From Anaerobacillus isosaccharinicus (GTDB taxonomy: Bacteria > Bacillota > Bacilli > Bacillales > Anaerobacillaceae), in contig NZ_CP063356.2 of NCBI RefSeq assembly GCF_001866075.4, forward strand, positions 5,192,926 through 5,224,925: a stretch of DNA of 32,000 nt. Direction: 5' to 3'. Numbering within the stretch: the stretch's first letter is position 1; each line of letters begins with the position of its first letter. The position numbers were made by a program, and so were the translations under genes. The notes beneath the pieces were generated by a model that had not been told where the DNA came from, ran no database searches, and saw only the letters and a list, made by a program, of their open reading frames with translations. Of this stretch, positions 10,303 to 20,398 are shown piece by piece.

Positions 10303-12269
10303 TCTTCTCTTCCCCCTTCAAAATATTGATCTATTTTTTCCATTAATAATCTTTCAGCTTCATCTAAAGAAACATCGCCAAGCTGGGTTGCTGCATTTGT
10401 CAAATGTCCTCCACCATCCAGCATTTCCATAATTAATTGTACATTGACATCACTTAAAGACCTTGCACTAATACTTGTTGCACCGTCTTTTCGTTTTGAA
10501 ATAACAAATGAAGCAACGACATCATTCATTGATAAAAGTGTGTCAGCTGCCTGAGCTATAAGGACTTGGCTACAAACTTCATCAGGATTTCCTTTTGCTA
10601 TTGCTATTCCATTTCTATATATATGAGCACTTTCAATTAACCTAGATCGCTTAATATACTGGTCTAAATCTTGTTTTAATAAATTTTGCACTAAATGTGT
10701 ATCTGCACCTTTGGACCTTAAGTAAGATGCGGCATCAAAAGTCCTTGAACCTGTTCGAACAGCAAAGCTTTTTGTATCAACGATGATTCCCGCTAACAAA
10801 GCAGTAGCTTCAAGGAGGTCAAGCTTAGTTTGCTTTGGTTGATACTCAAGAAGCTCAGTTACTAGCTCCGAGGTTGATGAGGCATAAGGTTCCATATAGA
10901 CGAGCACAGCTTCATCAATAAACTCTTCACCACGACGATGATGATCTAGAACGATTACACGGTCAATTTTATCTAATAACTTTGGTTCAATCACTAATGA
11001 AGGTTTATGTGTATCAACTACAACTAATAATGTATTAGGTGTCACTTCCTCTAACGCTTCTTCAGGAGTGATAAAGTGCGCCCATAAACGGTCATGCTTT
11101 TCAACTTCTTCCATGAGCTTACGAACATCTCTACTAATATTATTGCGATCTAATATAATATAGCCTTCTTTACCATTAAGCTCGGCTAATTTTAATACAC
11201 CAATTGCGGCACCAATGGCATCCATATCTGGACTAATATGCCCCATGATCATGACACGGTCACTTTCTAAAATAAAGTCTCGAATGGCATGAGAGATAAC
11301 TCTTGCCCTAACTCTCGTTCGTTTTTCAACAGCATTTGACTTCCCACCGTAAAAGCGTACTTTTCCATTTTTTTGTTTAATAGCAACCTGGTCACCACCT
11401 CTACCAAGAGCTAAATCTAAACTCGATTGAGCCAATATACCAAGTTCTTGAAGGCTCCCTTGTCCGCTACCAACACCAATACTTAAAGTAATCGGTATCT
11501 TTTCCCTAGCAGTTGCTTCCCTTACTTCATCAAGGAGATCAAACTTTGTTTCTTCAATTTTCTCTAATATCTCTTGATGAAAAATAGCTAGAAACCGGTC
11601 TGAAGATGTTCGCCTTAAAAAGACACCATGTTCCTTTGACCAACTATTTAAACTTGAAGTGACCTGACTCATTAATTTACTTCTAATTTGGTCTTCCATA
11701 CCTTGTGTAACTTCATCATAGTTGTCTAAATAAATAATAGCAATAACAGTTTGTTCCTTTTCGTACAGCTTTTTCACTTTTGTTTCTTCAGTAATATCAA
11801 AGAAATATATGAGCCTTTCATCACGTCGAAAGTTCGTCCGAAAAACATTTTCACCAATTTGTATCGATACTTCATTTTGTCCACTTTCAATAGCATCAGC
11901 AAGTTCCACAGCAATTTTGGAAATCGAGCTTCCAATACAATCTTCTTCTATAATCGAATTAACCATCGGATTTGCCCACTGAATGATTTTTTCTTCATTA
12001 TAAAGAAGAATTCCTATCGGAAGTTTCGTAACAGCCTCTTCTCCTGCTTTATTAACACGATATGTTAGTGTTGAGATGTACTCTTCGATATCCCTTTTGT
12101 ACAAATTTCTCGCCTGTATCGTGTAGAAAAGGAGGATTCCTAAGCTTAAGAATCCAAGTAAACCAATGATCCACTGGTATATTGTTAAAATCCCAATGAA
12201 AATGAATGCCACAGCAAATAATGCGATAATATGATAGCCATGCCACCGTTTTAATAGGAATTCTGGCAT
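10299..12269 (-). CDS. gdpP: Cyclic-di-AMP phosphodiesterase GdpP/YybT (PAS, degenerate GGDEF, DHH-DHHA1)
   Basis: [42 protein letters not shown]; ATGA-type overlap with rplI. Confidence 0.96.
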   Translation of the reverse strand: MPEFLLKRWHGYHIIALFAVAFIFIGILTIYQWIIGLLGFLSLGILLFYTIQARNLYKRDIEEYISTLTYRVNKAGEEAVTKLPIGILLYNEEKIIQWANPMVNSIIEEDCIGSSISKIAVELADAIESGQNEVSIQIGENVFRTNFRRDERLIYFFDITEETKVKKLYEKEQTVIAIIYLDNYDEVTQGMEDQIRSKLMSQVTSSLNSWSKEHGVFLRRTSSDRFLAIFHQEILEKIEETKFDLLDEVREATAREKIPITLSIGVGSGQGSLQELGILAQSSLDLALGRGGDQVAIKQKNGKVRFYGGKSNAVEKRTRVRARVISHAIRDFILESDRVMIMGHISPDMDAIGAAIGVLKLAELNGKEGYIILDRNNISRDVRKLMEEVEKHDRLWAHFITPEEALEEVTPNTLLVVVDTHKPSLVIEPKLLDKIDRVIVLDHHRRGEEFIDEAVLVYMEPYASSTSELVTELLEYQPKQTKLDLLEATALLAGIIVDTKSFAVRTGSRTFDAASYLRSKGADTHLVQNLLKQDLDQYIKRSRLIESAHIYRNGIAIAKGNPDEVCSQVLIAQAADTLLSMNDVVASFVISKRKDGATSISARSLSDVNVQLIMEMLDGGGHLTNAATQLGDVSLDEAERLLMEKIDQYFEGGREE

Positions 12270-12284
12270 AATTTCAACTCCTAA

Positions 12285-13220
12285 TTAATTCGAGTTTTTT
12301 ATTCTTTTCCGAAGTTCAAATCCTAAATCAATTATACCTAATATTCGATAGATATAAAGGAGAAATGGGGCAATTAAAGTAACGATGATAATTCCAATAG
12401 GAATGGATTTATTAAATCCTTTAGCATGACAATAAAACATGATTACAGCTAATCCTTGGATCGTCATAGCAATCTCTAAAAGGGGGAACAAATTCCACAT
12501 CACCATATAAAGTGCCGTTCCTTCTTCTAACCCCACTAAAATAAAGATTGATGTTACTAAATAATACCATAAAAATGACTTTGGAAATGCCCACTCCCGA
12601 AATGGTTTGAACGGAGCAACTTTCTCCCCAATTCTTTTTAAGATTGCATAGGCGATTACTTGAACAAAAAGAGCAAAAAATACTCCCGTTGTGATGATTA
12701 AAGACGGCGCTAAAAACATTAGGCGATCAATAAAATCAATTAAGGGCTCTAGTTGTTTACCTGGGTCTTGTCCAATTGCAAGAAGCATTGATTCAGCTGT
12801 TTGTACGGAATCTCTCATTAATTCTTGAATGACTTTAATTGGATGTAAGTCTAATACGACGATGCTTAAAATAAAGTACAAAATTAAATTACTAATATAA
12901 GCTAGGCTTCCACCAAATAATACTGTAAATGCTGATTTTTTTCTTCTATATAACTCCCCAACAACAATTCCACTACTTCCAAAAATAATAGCACTAAGAA
13001 TAAGGACTACCCCACCAATAGTAAAAGAAACAAAGGAGGCGACAACCCATAACATCAATCCTGCTTTCCAGCCATTTCTTACTGTGTACACAATAAAAGG
13101 GACTGGTAATATCCAAAGTAAAATGGAACCTAAGATCGGTAAAAAAACTGTTAAAAAGGCTATTAATGCAAAAATTGCTGCAAAAATTGCTCCTTCAGTC
13201 ATTACCTTGGTATTTTTCAT
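12285..13220 (-). CDS. yybS: YybS-like DUF2232 membrane protein; likely start MKNTKVMTEG
   Basis: Multi-pass membrane protein directly upstream of gdpP, as in Bacillus; ORF track start 13292 is upstream of a better ATG. Confidence 0.8.
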   Translation of the reverse strand: MKNTKVMTEGAIFAAIFALIAFLTVFLPILGSILLWILPVPFIVYTVRNGWKAGLMLWVVASFVSFTIGGVVLILSAIIFGSSGIVVGELYRRKKSAFTVLFGGSLAYISNLILYFILSIVVLDLHPIKVIQELMRDSVQTAESMLLAIGQDPGKQLEPLIDFIDRLMFLAPSLIITTGVFFALFVQVIAYAILKRIGEKVAPFKPFREWAFPKSFLWYYLVTSIFILVGLEEGTALYMVMWNLFPLLEIAMTIQGLAVIMFYCHAKGFNKSIPIGIIIVTLIAPFLLYIYRILGIIDLGFELRKRIKNSN

Positions 13221-13439
13221 TAGACTTCCCTCATTTCTAAAAACAGTTCCTAAATGATCGATCGCTATCCTATCAAATGTAACTATATCCATTCCTGATT
13301 ATATACGACTAAATTGATTTTGAAAAATAGTCTTCGATACTTATCGAATTTTTTTCTTATACTACCATCCAGTATGTTTGTTGAATTCATATATTCAATT
13401 AATAATTAATAATTGATAGTATAAGAAAAAATTCGTAAT

Positions 13440-13461
13440 GAAGGCATAACTAGATGCCTTC
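13440..13461 (-). terminator. Terminator whose stem encodes the last codons of the ktr gene
   Basis: Minus strand GAAGGCAT-ctagtt-ATGCCTTC then ATTACGAATTTTTTC; stop TAG lies in the loop. Confidence 0.65.
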
Positions 13462-14106
13462 TTCCTCAAATTTTTTCAAATCATTGTTATGACCTATTAA
13501 AATTAAAATATCCTTTTCCAATATTAGTTGATCTGGAAAAGGTGTAATAATAACATCTTCCCCTCTTTTTATACCTAATATTGTACAGCCATACTTTGCA
13601 CGAATATCTAATTTTTGAATGGTTTTATTAGCGACTTTATGTGAAGCAATAAGCTCCATAATGCTATAGTCAGGAGACAGTTCAATATAATCGATAATTT
13701 TCTCTGAAACTAAGTAGTGGGCAATTCTTACTCCCATATCTTTTTCGGGATGAATAATTCGGTCTGCACCAATTTTTTCAACTACTTTATGGTGATAATT
13801 ATTTTGAGCTTTTACCCATACGTGCTTAACATTTAATTCTTTCAACAAAAGTGTGCAAAGAATGCTCGCCTGGATATTGTCACCAATTGCTACTATTACG
13901 TACTCAAAGTTCCTAATTCCTAAAGATAATAATGTATTTTCGTCTGTAGCATTCGCAACAACTGCGTGTGTCGAAAAATTAGCAAAATCATGTACTCTAT
14001 CCTCATTAGTATCAATGGCTAAAACTTCATGCCCCATTGAATATAATTCTTTACAAACACTACCACCAAATCTTCCTAAACCAACAACCGCAAATTGTTT
14101 CTTCAT
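13450..14106 (-). CDS. Ktr/Trk potassium uptake regulatory subunit (RCK_N plus RCK_C), KtrA/KtrC type
   Basis: MKKQFAVVGLGRFGGSVCKELYSMGHEVLAIDTNEDRV; RCK_C-like IQKLDIRAKYGCTILGIKRGEDVIITPFPDQLILEKDILILIG. Confidence 0.93.
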   Translation of the reverse strand: MKKQFAVVGLGRFGGSVCKELYSMGHEVLAIDTNEDRVHDFANFSTHAVVANATDENTLLSLGIRNFEYVIVAIGDNIQASILCTLLLKELNVKHVWVKAQNNYHHKVVEKIGADRIIHPEKDMGVRIAHYLVSEKIIDYIELSPDYSIMELIASHKVANKTIQKLDIRAKYGCTILGIKRGEDVIITPFPDQLILEKDILILIGHNNDLKKFEEEGI

Positions 14107-14213
14107 AATAAACACGCCCCCTTACTATACTTACTTCCTTTATGTATAGTTTAAACAGTTTTTGATTTACAATGTGTTTGCCCTACAGAAAAAGTGTAAC
14201 CTGTTGTCATTAA

Positions 14214-14250
14214 ATAAAAAAAGGAGATAGACTATAAGCCATCCCCTTTT
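14214..14250 (-). terminator. Terminator of the rpsF-ssb-rpsR operon
   Basis: Minus strand AAAAGGGGATGGCTTATAGTCTATCTCCTTTTTTATTT (with G-U pairs). Confidence 0.8.
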
Positions 14251-14258
14251 GACATTAA

Positions 14259-14504
14259 TTATTCACCGCTAACATACGGTAATAAAGCGATTTGACGTGC
14301 ACGCTTAATTGCAGTAGTTAATTGTCGTTGGTACTTAGCTGAAGTTCCAGTTACACGACGAGGTAAAATTTTACCACGCTCAGAAACGAAACGCTTAAGT
14401 AGTTCAACGTTTTTATAGTCGATTTTCGTGATCTTGTTTACTGTAAAGTAACATACTTTACGGCGCTTCGCACCACGGCCACCACGACGTCCTCCCATTG
14501 CCAT
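14259..14504 (-). CDS. rpsR: 30S ribosomal protein S18
   Basis: [49 protein letters not shown]. Confidence 0.97.
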   Translation of the reverse strand: MAMGGRRGGRGAKRRKVCYFTVNKITKIDYKNVELLKRFVSERGKILPRRVTGTSAKYQRQLTTAIKRARQIALLPYVSGE

Positions 14505-14591
14505 CTAAAAAACCTCCTTCTTTATAAATTTTTATATTCATCCAAAAGGGTACTTACCCTTATTTAAGTTAAACTAAGAAAGCCAATAGAT

Positions 14592-15083
14592 CTAGAATGG
14601 TAAATCATCATCTGAGATATCAATTGGCTTGCCATCACTAGCAAAAGGATCATCAGAAAATGACTGATTACTACGGCCTTGATTCTGGTTGTTATTATTT
14701 CCTCCTTGATTAGGAGAGCCATAATAGTCTCCACCGCCCTGATTTCCACCAGAATTGTTAGAGCCTTTCGTTTCAAGAAATTGCACACTATCAGCTACAA
14801 CTTCCGTTATAAAAACTTTCTTTCCTTCATTGTTTTCATAATTACGAGTTTGTAGACGACCATCAACACCCGCTAAACTTCCTTTACGTAAGTAATTAGC
14901 AACATTTTCTGCTTGTTTACGCCAAATGACTACGTTAATAAAGTCTGCTTCTCGGTTACCTTGTTGGTTAGAAAATGGTCTGTTTACAGCAAGTGTAATA
15001 CTTGCTACAGCAATTCCATTCGGCGTGTACTTAAGTTCAGGATCTCTTGTGAGTCGACCTACCAGAACGACACGGTTAAGCAT
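14592..15083 (-). CDS. ssb: Single-stranded DNA-binding protein
   Basis: [33 protein letters not shown]...; C-terminal tail DISDDDLPF. Confidence 0.97.
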   Translation of the reverse strand: MLNRVVLVGRLTRDPELKYTPNGIAVASITLAVNRPFSNQQGNREADFINVVIWRKQAENVANYLRKGSLAGVDGRLQTRNYENNEGKKVFITEVVADSVQFLETKGSNNSGGNQGGGDYYGSPNQGGNNNNQNQGRSNQSFSDDPFASDGKPIDISDDDLPF

Positions 15084-15114
15084 CAGAACCCCTCCCCAAT
15101 ATATCTACTAGTTC

Positions 15115-15402
15115 TTATTCTTCGTCTTTAGTAATAAGTAAACGAATTACATCTTCGTTAATTTTAATTAAACGATCGAATTCAGCGATTGCTGCTGGTT
15201 CAGCTGTTACGTTTAGTAATACATAGAAGCCTTCACGGAAGTCTTCAATTTCATAAGCTAAACGACGCTTACCCATTTCTTGAACCTTATCAAGAGTCGC
15301 TCCATTATCAGTTAAAACGTTGTTAAAACGTTCAACTAACTCTTTCTTTGCAGCTTCTTCTAGGTTTGGTCGAATAATGTACATGATTTCATATTTACGC
15401 AT
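15115..15402 (-). CDS. rpsF: 30S ribosomal protein S6
   Basis: [18 protein letters not shown] ... [22 protein letters not shown]; RBS AAAGGAGGTG. Confidence 0.97.
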   Translation of the reverse strand: MRKYEIMYIIRPNLEEAAKKELVERFNNVLTDNGATLDKVQEMGKRRLAYEIEDFREGFYVLLNVTAEPAAIAEFDRLIKINEDVIRLLITKDEE

Positions 15403-15428
15403 TTGTACGTCACCTCCTTTTGGTCTAA

Positions 15429-15457
15429 CGGCCCCTCTTAATTGAGGAGCAAGGGGC
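15429..15457 (-). promoter_or_regulatory. Candidate S6:S18 ribosomal-protein leader hairpin
   Basis: RNA GCCCCU-UGCUCCUCAAUUAAG-AGGGGC-CG in the short rpsF 5' UTR. Confidence 0.4.
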
Positions 15458-15521
15458 GAATAATAACAATTTTATAAGTGTCATTTACTCGCATTTATCG
15501 ATTATAGCAGAATTAATATAG

Positions 15522-15618
15522 AAAGTAAAATGAAAAATGTAGAATGTAGAATTTTTTTAGGGAAGCTTCGAAGCTAGTCCCACGCCATTTTACATTCTAC
15601 ATTGAATTTTACATTTTA
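15522..15618. repeat. Heptad-arm palindromic element, copy 3 (ychF|rpsF gap)
   Basis: AAAGTAA AATGAAA AATGTAG AATGTAG ... GGGAAGCTTCGAAGCTAGTCCC ... TTACATT CTACATT GAATT TTACATT TTA; ends on the ychF stop codon. Confidence 0.88.
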
Positions 15619-16716
15619 AACGTTAAACCTAAAGTGAATAACATCACCATCAGCAACGACATATTCTTTTCCTTCTAGCCTTACTTTCCCTTTTTCCTTA
15701 GCCGCAGCATGAGAACCAGCTTCAACTAGGTCATCATACGCTACTACTTCCGCACGAATAAAACCTCTCTCGAAGTCTGTATGGATGACTCCAGCAGCTT
15801 GAGGAGCTTTAGTCCCTTTCCGAATTGTCCATGCACGAACTTCTTGAACACCTGCTGTAAAATAGGTTGATAATCCTAATAAATGATAAGCAGCGCGGAT
15901 TAGTTGGTCTAAACCAGATTCCTTAATTCCTAACTCCTCAAGGAACATTGTCTTTTCTTCGCCTTCAAGTTCAGAAATTTCCTCTTCTATTTTTGCACAA
16001 ACAACGATAACCTCTGAGTTTTCTGCTGCAGCAAATTCTCTTACCTTTTGAACTAGTGGATTTTCATCTGCTACAAGTAACCCATCCTCATTCACGTTTG
16101 CTACGTATAATACAGGCTTCATCGTTAGTAAATGCATTCCTTGGACAATTTTCTTTTGCTCGTCCGTTAAATCTACACTTCTAGCAGGCTTTTCATTTTC
16201 AAATGCCTCTTTAAGTAAATTTAAAATTTCATACTCTGCCATTGCATCTTTATCTCTTTGCTTCAATAACTTTTCAACACGCATAATACGTTTTTCGACT
16301 GAATCAAGATCAGCAAGAATTAATTCTAAGTTAATCACTTCAATATCACGAATTGGATTTACACTACCAGATACGTGAGTGATGTTTTCATCTTCAAAAC
16401 AACGAACAACATGTGAGATTGCATCAACTTGGCGAATATGTGATAAAAATTTGTTTCCTAACCCTTCACCCTTACTTGCCCCTTCTACAATTCCTGCAAT
16501 ATCAGTAAATTCAAATGCAGTTGGAACCGTTTTTTTCGGTTGAACAAGTTCAGTTAACTTATTTAGACGGTGATCAGGAACTTCAACAATCCCTACATTA
16601 GGATCAATCGTACAGAATGGATAGTTAGCAGACTCTGCTCCTGCTTGTGTAATTGCATTAAATAATGTTGATTTTCCTACGTTAGGCAAACCAACAATTC
16701 CAGTCGTTAAAGCCAT
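15616..16716 (-). CDS. ychF: Redox-regulated ATPase YchF (Obg/OLA1 family)
   Basis: [39 protein letters not shown]; C-terminal [16 protein letters not shown]. Confidence 0.97.
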   Translation of the reverse strand: MALTTGIVGLPNVGKSTLFNAITQAGAESANYPFCTIDPNVGIVEVPDHRLNKLTELVQPKKTVPTAFEFTDIAGIVEGASKGEGLGNKFLSHIRQVDAISHVVRCFEDENITHVSGSVNPIRDIEVINLELILADLDSVEKRIMRVEKLLKQRDKDAMAEYEILNLLKEAFENEKPARSVDLTDEQKKIVQGMHLLTMKPVLYVANVNEDGLLVADENPLVQKVREFAAAENSEVIVVCAKIEEEISELEGEEKTMFLEELGIKESGLDQLIRAAYHLLGLSTYFTAGVQEVRAWTIRKGTKAPQAAGVIHTDFERGFIRAEVVAYDDLVEAGSHAAAKEKGKVRLEGKEYVVADGDVIHFRFNV

Positions 16717-16912
16717 ATCATTGACACTTCCTTCATTATTAATAATATTTAATAAATTTCATTATTCAATATTCGTGACACTAATTTACAAGACTAAATC
16801 GCGTCCATTAGTTGCAATCATGCTAATTATGAAATTCATTTATATAAACTTTAAGTACGAATTCAAAGTTAAAAACAAGTTTTCTAATCCTTCACAATTA
16901 TATTGATTAAAG

Positions 16913-16944
16913 AAGAAAAGCGCAAGCGCCCCGTTAGCCCCGAC
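16913..16944. repeat. Fragment resembling the GCGCAAGCGCCC intergenic repeat seen in Bacillaceae genomes
   Basis: GAAGAAAAGCGCAAGCGCCCCGTTAGCCCCGA, a GC-rich mini-palindrome in AT-rich intergenic DNA. Confidence 0.45.
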
Positions 16945-16966
16945 TTGTTAATGTTCTGAAAGGAAA

Positions 16967-16993
16967 AACAAGCCTTGTTAAGCTTGTTTTTTT
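16967..16993. terminator. Bidirectional-looking terminator overlapping the end of the molybdopterin oxidoreductase gene
   Basis: AACAAGCcttgttaaGCTTGTTTTTTT; T-runs on both strands; stop codon 16978-16980 in the loop. Confidence 0.65.
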
Positions 16994-18978
16994 CTAATAT
17001 TAACTAGACAATCGTATTGAATGCCACCTTGTCCAATATCGGACTCTCCTGATGAAGTAAGGACATTTACAGAACCGCCTAGCTTTTTCCATCTTCCCTC
17101 ATCAATATTAATCGTATCATCATGAGAATTCTTCATTATTTTCGCGCTGCCAGTAATACTGCCACGGTCATTCCAAATTGTGACCTCTTCTCCTTCTGAA
17201 AGGCATTTTTCTTTAGCGATTTTTTCTGATACTTCTACAACTACCTTTGAATCATTAATTAGATGGTAATTTTGCGAATGGTTAGACCTTGATGGATGTT
17301 TTGATAACAAATGGTATGGAAATTTAGTTTGTTTTGGGCTATTAATTGACTCTAACGGATATTGAAACGTTAGCTTTCCACTCTCCCCGTCCTTTAACGC
17401 TTTGGTGGACGAAAATTCATATTTACCTGATGGAGTTTTAAACTGATAGTCGGACCAAGGGACATCTTGAATTGGGAGTTTCACAAATCCTTCCGCTTTG
17501 ATTTTCTCCAGCGTAATCCCCTGTTTTTCTAATGATTGTAATCCCATCTTTAGAAATTCGTCATCACTAAATGCAAAGTCTTCACCAAAGCCTAAACGAT
17601 TGGCAAGTTCTGTCCAAATCCAATGATCTGCTCTTGCTTCACCTTTTGGCGTGACAAGCCTCGGCCCATAATTAACATAACTATGGTACATTGAAGCATA
17701 ATAAATATCTTCTTCCTCAAAAACGGTTGTACAAGGAAGGATATAATCAGCTAGCTCTGCCGTATCTGTCATAAATTGATCAATGACAACTAACGTCTCT
17801 ATCGACGTAAAAGCTTCTTCTACTCGATTCGTATCTGGCAACTGTGTCAATGGATTACCTCTAGTTACAAACGCCATTTTTATTGGCGGGTCTTGTTCAG
17901 ATAAGATTTTTTCAGCTTGATTCATTCTCGTAAAAACTCTATTTTGAAACCTTCGATTAGATAACGTTAAATTGCTTACATCAAATGATTGTCCCACCGG
18001 TAGATGTCCATAATTTGCACCGCCACCTTTAATTCCGACATTACCACTTATAGCAACTAATGCATCTATTAATCTAATCATACTGCCACCATTAGCATAC
18101 CTTTGCATTCCTAAACCAAGATACGTAGAAGTAGGACCACTACTATAATGACTAGCTAAAAGATTTATTGTTTCTTCTGACACTGAGGTTTGAGAAACGA
18201 TTTCAGATAGCTCTATCTCATCTATATACGCCATAAACTCATTATAACCATAGGTATGATTACGAATGAATTCCTCATCTACTAAATTCATTTTTTTTAA
18301 TTGTTTTATTACACCAATCGCCAAAAGACCATCCATTCCTGGTCTCACAGCAATATAGACATCTGCTAGTTTGGCAGTTTGGTGGTATAGAGGATCGATC
18401 ACAGTTACGTGAATACCTCTTTTTTTTGCTTCTATTAAGTTTGCATACAAATGAATATTTGTACTTGCAGCATTTCTACCCCATATAACCGTATTTTTAC
18501 TATTGAAAATATCTTCTGGAGCATGAGCTGCACTATTACCAAAATCCCGTATCTGCGCTTCAATTCCTGCTCCCCAGCATAGACTACCTACTACCTCTGT
18601 CACTCCACCATAGCAATTAAAAAAACGATGGTCTAAATTTTTTAATAAGCCATTATTAGAATAATCATGACTATGAAGGACAGCAGTTGAACCATACCTA
18701 TTTTTAGTAAAGAGTAGCTTTTCTGCAATTTCATCAAGAGCTTGGTCCCATGAAATTTCTACAAAATCGCCATTATTCTTTTTTAATGGCTTCGTAATCC
18801 GAGAAGGGGCGTTTGTTCTTGCCTCTAACATCCTACCTCTATTGCATATATGCCCCTTTGTAACTGGGTGTTGTTTGTTTCCAGCTACTTTTACTACGGT
18901 GTCATTTTCTACAGTTACAGTGAAGCCACATGTATCCCAACAATTAAGGGGACAGGCTGATATATCTTTTTTTTCCAT
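16978..18978 (-). CDS. Molybdopterin-dependent oxidoreductase with N-terminal [4Fe-4S] motif (YyaE-like)
   Basis: ACPLNCWDTCGFTVTVENDTVVKVAGNKQHPVTKGHICNRG; NTVIWGRNAASTNIH; DQFMTDTAELADYILPCTTVFEEED. Confidence 0.9.
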   Translation of the reverse strand: MEKKDISACPLNCWDTCGFTVTVENDTVVKVAGNKQHPVTKGHICNRGRMLEARTNAPSRITKPLKKNNGDFVEISWDQALDEIAEKLLFTKNRYGSTAVLHSHDYSNNGLLKNLDHRFFNCYGGVTEVVGSLCWGAGIEAQIRDFGNSAAHAPEDIFNSKNTVIWGRNAASTNIHLYANLIEAKKRGIHVTVIDPLYHQTAKLADVYIAVRPGMDGLLAIGVIKQLKKMNLVDEEFIRNHTYGYNEFMAYIDEIELSEIVSQTSVSEETINLLASHYSSGPTSTYLGLGMQRYANGGSMIRLIDALVAISGNVGIKGGGANYGHLPVGQSFDVSNLTLSNRRFQNRVFTRMNQAEKILSEQDPPIKMAFVTRGNPLTQLPDTNRVEEAFTSIETLVVIDQFMTDTAELADYILPCTTVFEEEDIYYASMYHSYVNYGPRLVTPKGEARADHWIWTELANRLGFGEDFAFSDDEFLKMGLQSLEKQGITLEKIKAEGFVKLPIQDVPWSDYQFKTPSGKYEFSSTKALKDGESGKLTFQYPLESINSPKQTKFPYHLLSKHPSRSNHSQNYHLINDSKVVVEVSEKIAKEKCLSEGEEVTIWNDRGSITGSAKIMKNSHDDTINIDEGRWKKLGGSVNVLTSSGESDIGQGGIQYDCLVNIRKKQA

Positions 18979-18997
18979 ATAATAAACCTCTCCCTAT

Positions 18998-19027
18998 AAA
19001 AAAAGCACCTTATTCTGAGTGCTTTAT
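18998..19027 (-). terminator. Terminator overlapping the end of the DUF951 gene
   Basis: Minus strand AAAGCAC-tcagaataag-GTGCTTTTTTTAT; TAA in the loop. Confidence 0.75.
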
Positions 19028-19210
19028 TAAAATTTTCTTTATTTTTCTACCAAACTCTTTACGTGGAATTAACACACTGTGATCACAGCCAAGGCACTTT
19101 ATTCGAATATCCATGCCTAGCCGAATGATCTTCCAACGATTTTCTCCACAAGGATGAGGCTTTTTCATCTCAACAACATCATTTAAGTCAAATTGTTTTT
19201 GATTTTCCAT
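19010..19210 (-). CDS. DUF951 family small protein
   Basis: DLNDVVEMKKPHPCGENRWKIIRLGMDIRIKCLGCDHSVLIPRKEFGRKIKKI. Confidence 0.88.
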   Translation of the reverse strand: MENQKQFDLNDVVEMKKPHPCGENRWKIIRLGMDIRIKCLGCDHSVLIPRKEFGRKIKKILIKHSE

Positions 19211-19304
19211 GTTCGCTTCCCCTCCCTTAACCTAAAAAACAGATTTATCTATTTGTCATTATACAATAATGAAGACTTAAGATACTATCTTAAAACATAA
19301 ATCA

Positions 19305-19339
19305 AAAAGAAAGAGAACACATTTTGTGCTCCCTTTCTA
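19305..19339 (-). terminator. Terminator after the YkvI-like gene
   Basis: Minus strand GAAAGGGAGCACA-aaa-TGTGTTCTCTTTCTTTTTG. Confidence 0.8.
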
Positions 19340-19340
19340 C

Positions 19341-20381
19341 TCATGCTTCACCATGATAATTTTTTGCAATTGGATATAGCAGAATTGCCGCTAATATATA
19401 TAAATTTAGTACACCGTATAATGGGTATAGTACTGCAATTAATGTTGAAAAACCAATTTTCGTCAAAGGGATCATCGCTAAAATGAGGAAAAATGCCAAT
19501 GCCCACAGTGGGATTGAAACATATTTTCTAAATCTCGTTGTTAATCCAAAAAGTCCAGCCGCAGCCGTAGTATATATGGCTACCCATAATAAACCTGACA
19601 TAACTAAAACCATAAAGTATGGATAATGTTTAAGAATAGCAAACAATGGAATTTCATAAAACATAATATCGTGAGCGACTTTCAATAAGGACTCATTATA
19701 GAGAAAAGAAATACCACCAAGCACAACTCCACTTCCCACACTTGCAATCCAGATCTCACCTTTTGTTTTTATTTCGCTTCCTATACCAGCTAAAACAGCT
19801 ACAAGAGGCAAGATATTTAACGCTGTGAAAGTAAAAGCTGCCGGCCAATTTCCTTGTTTACTTACACTTAAATTGACTGAAAAGCCTTGAAGGAATTGAA
19901 ATGAAAGTAAAATTCCGATTAGAAAAATGATTAAGATCGGCACAACGACTGAATTCATGGATGTAATCCCTTTTGTATCCCAGAAAAACAAGACAACTAG
20001 TAATCCTGAAATAAACATAATTCCTAGCCAATATGGCAAATGAACAACTTCTAATGTAGCTCCTCCGCCAGCTAACATCACTACTGTCACCGAAAATAAA
20101 TACAAAATAATCATATAATCATACAATCTAGTTAACTTCTTTCCCATTAGAAGTTGTAGCACTGGCACATAATCATTCGTTTTTTGGTTATAGCTTATTC
20201 CCATTATGACTGACACGCATATACTAAATAAAACCGCAAACAGTATAATTGCAAATCCACTTTCGTTCCCAAAAAACTCCCATAATTCTCTTCCTGATGC
20301 ATAGCCTGCACCAATCATTGTTCCAATAATTAAAAACATCCATTTGAAGCCTGCTTTTATCACACAAATGCACCCTTTCAT
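19341..20381 (-). CDS. YkvI-like multi-pass membrane protein (putative transporter)
   Basis: FLIIGTMIGAGYASGRELWEFF start and ~10 hydrophobic segments. Confidence 0.7.
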   Translation of the reverse strand: MKGCICVIKAGFKWMFLIIGTMIGAGYASGRELWEFFGNESGFAIILFAVLFSICVSVIMGISYNQKTNDYVPVLQLLMGKKLTRLYDYMIILYLFSVTVVMLAGGGATLEVVHLPYWLGIMFISGLLVVLFFWDTKGITSMNSVVVPILIIFLIGILLSFQFLQGFSVNLSVSKQGNWPAAFTFTALNILPLVAVLAGIGSEIKTKGEIWIASVGSGVVLGGISFLYNESLLKVAHDIMFYEIPLFAILKHYPYFMVLVMSGLLWVAIYTTAAAGLFGLTTRFRKYVSIPLWALAFFLILAMIPLTKIGFSTLIAVLYPLYGVLNLYILAAILLYPIAKNYHGEA

Positions 20382-20398
20382 TATTTATTCCCGGGCAT

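Noticed and set aside
10175-10432. Plus-strand ORFs overlapping rplI and gdpP (also 10164-10346)
   Set aside because: Fully antisense to well supported conserved genes.
13853-14149. 98-aa plus-strand ORF over the ktr gene
   Set aside because: Antisense shadow of a well supported RCK protein.
14564-14788. Minus-strand [18 protein letters not shown]... overlapping ssb
   Set aside because: Alternate frame of the ssb Gly/Asn-rich linker; ssb is unambiguous.
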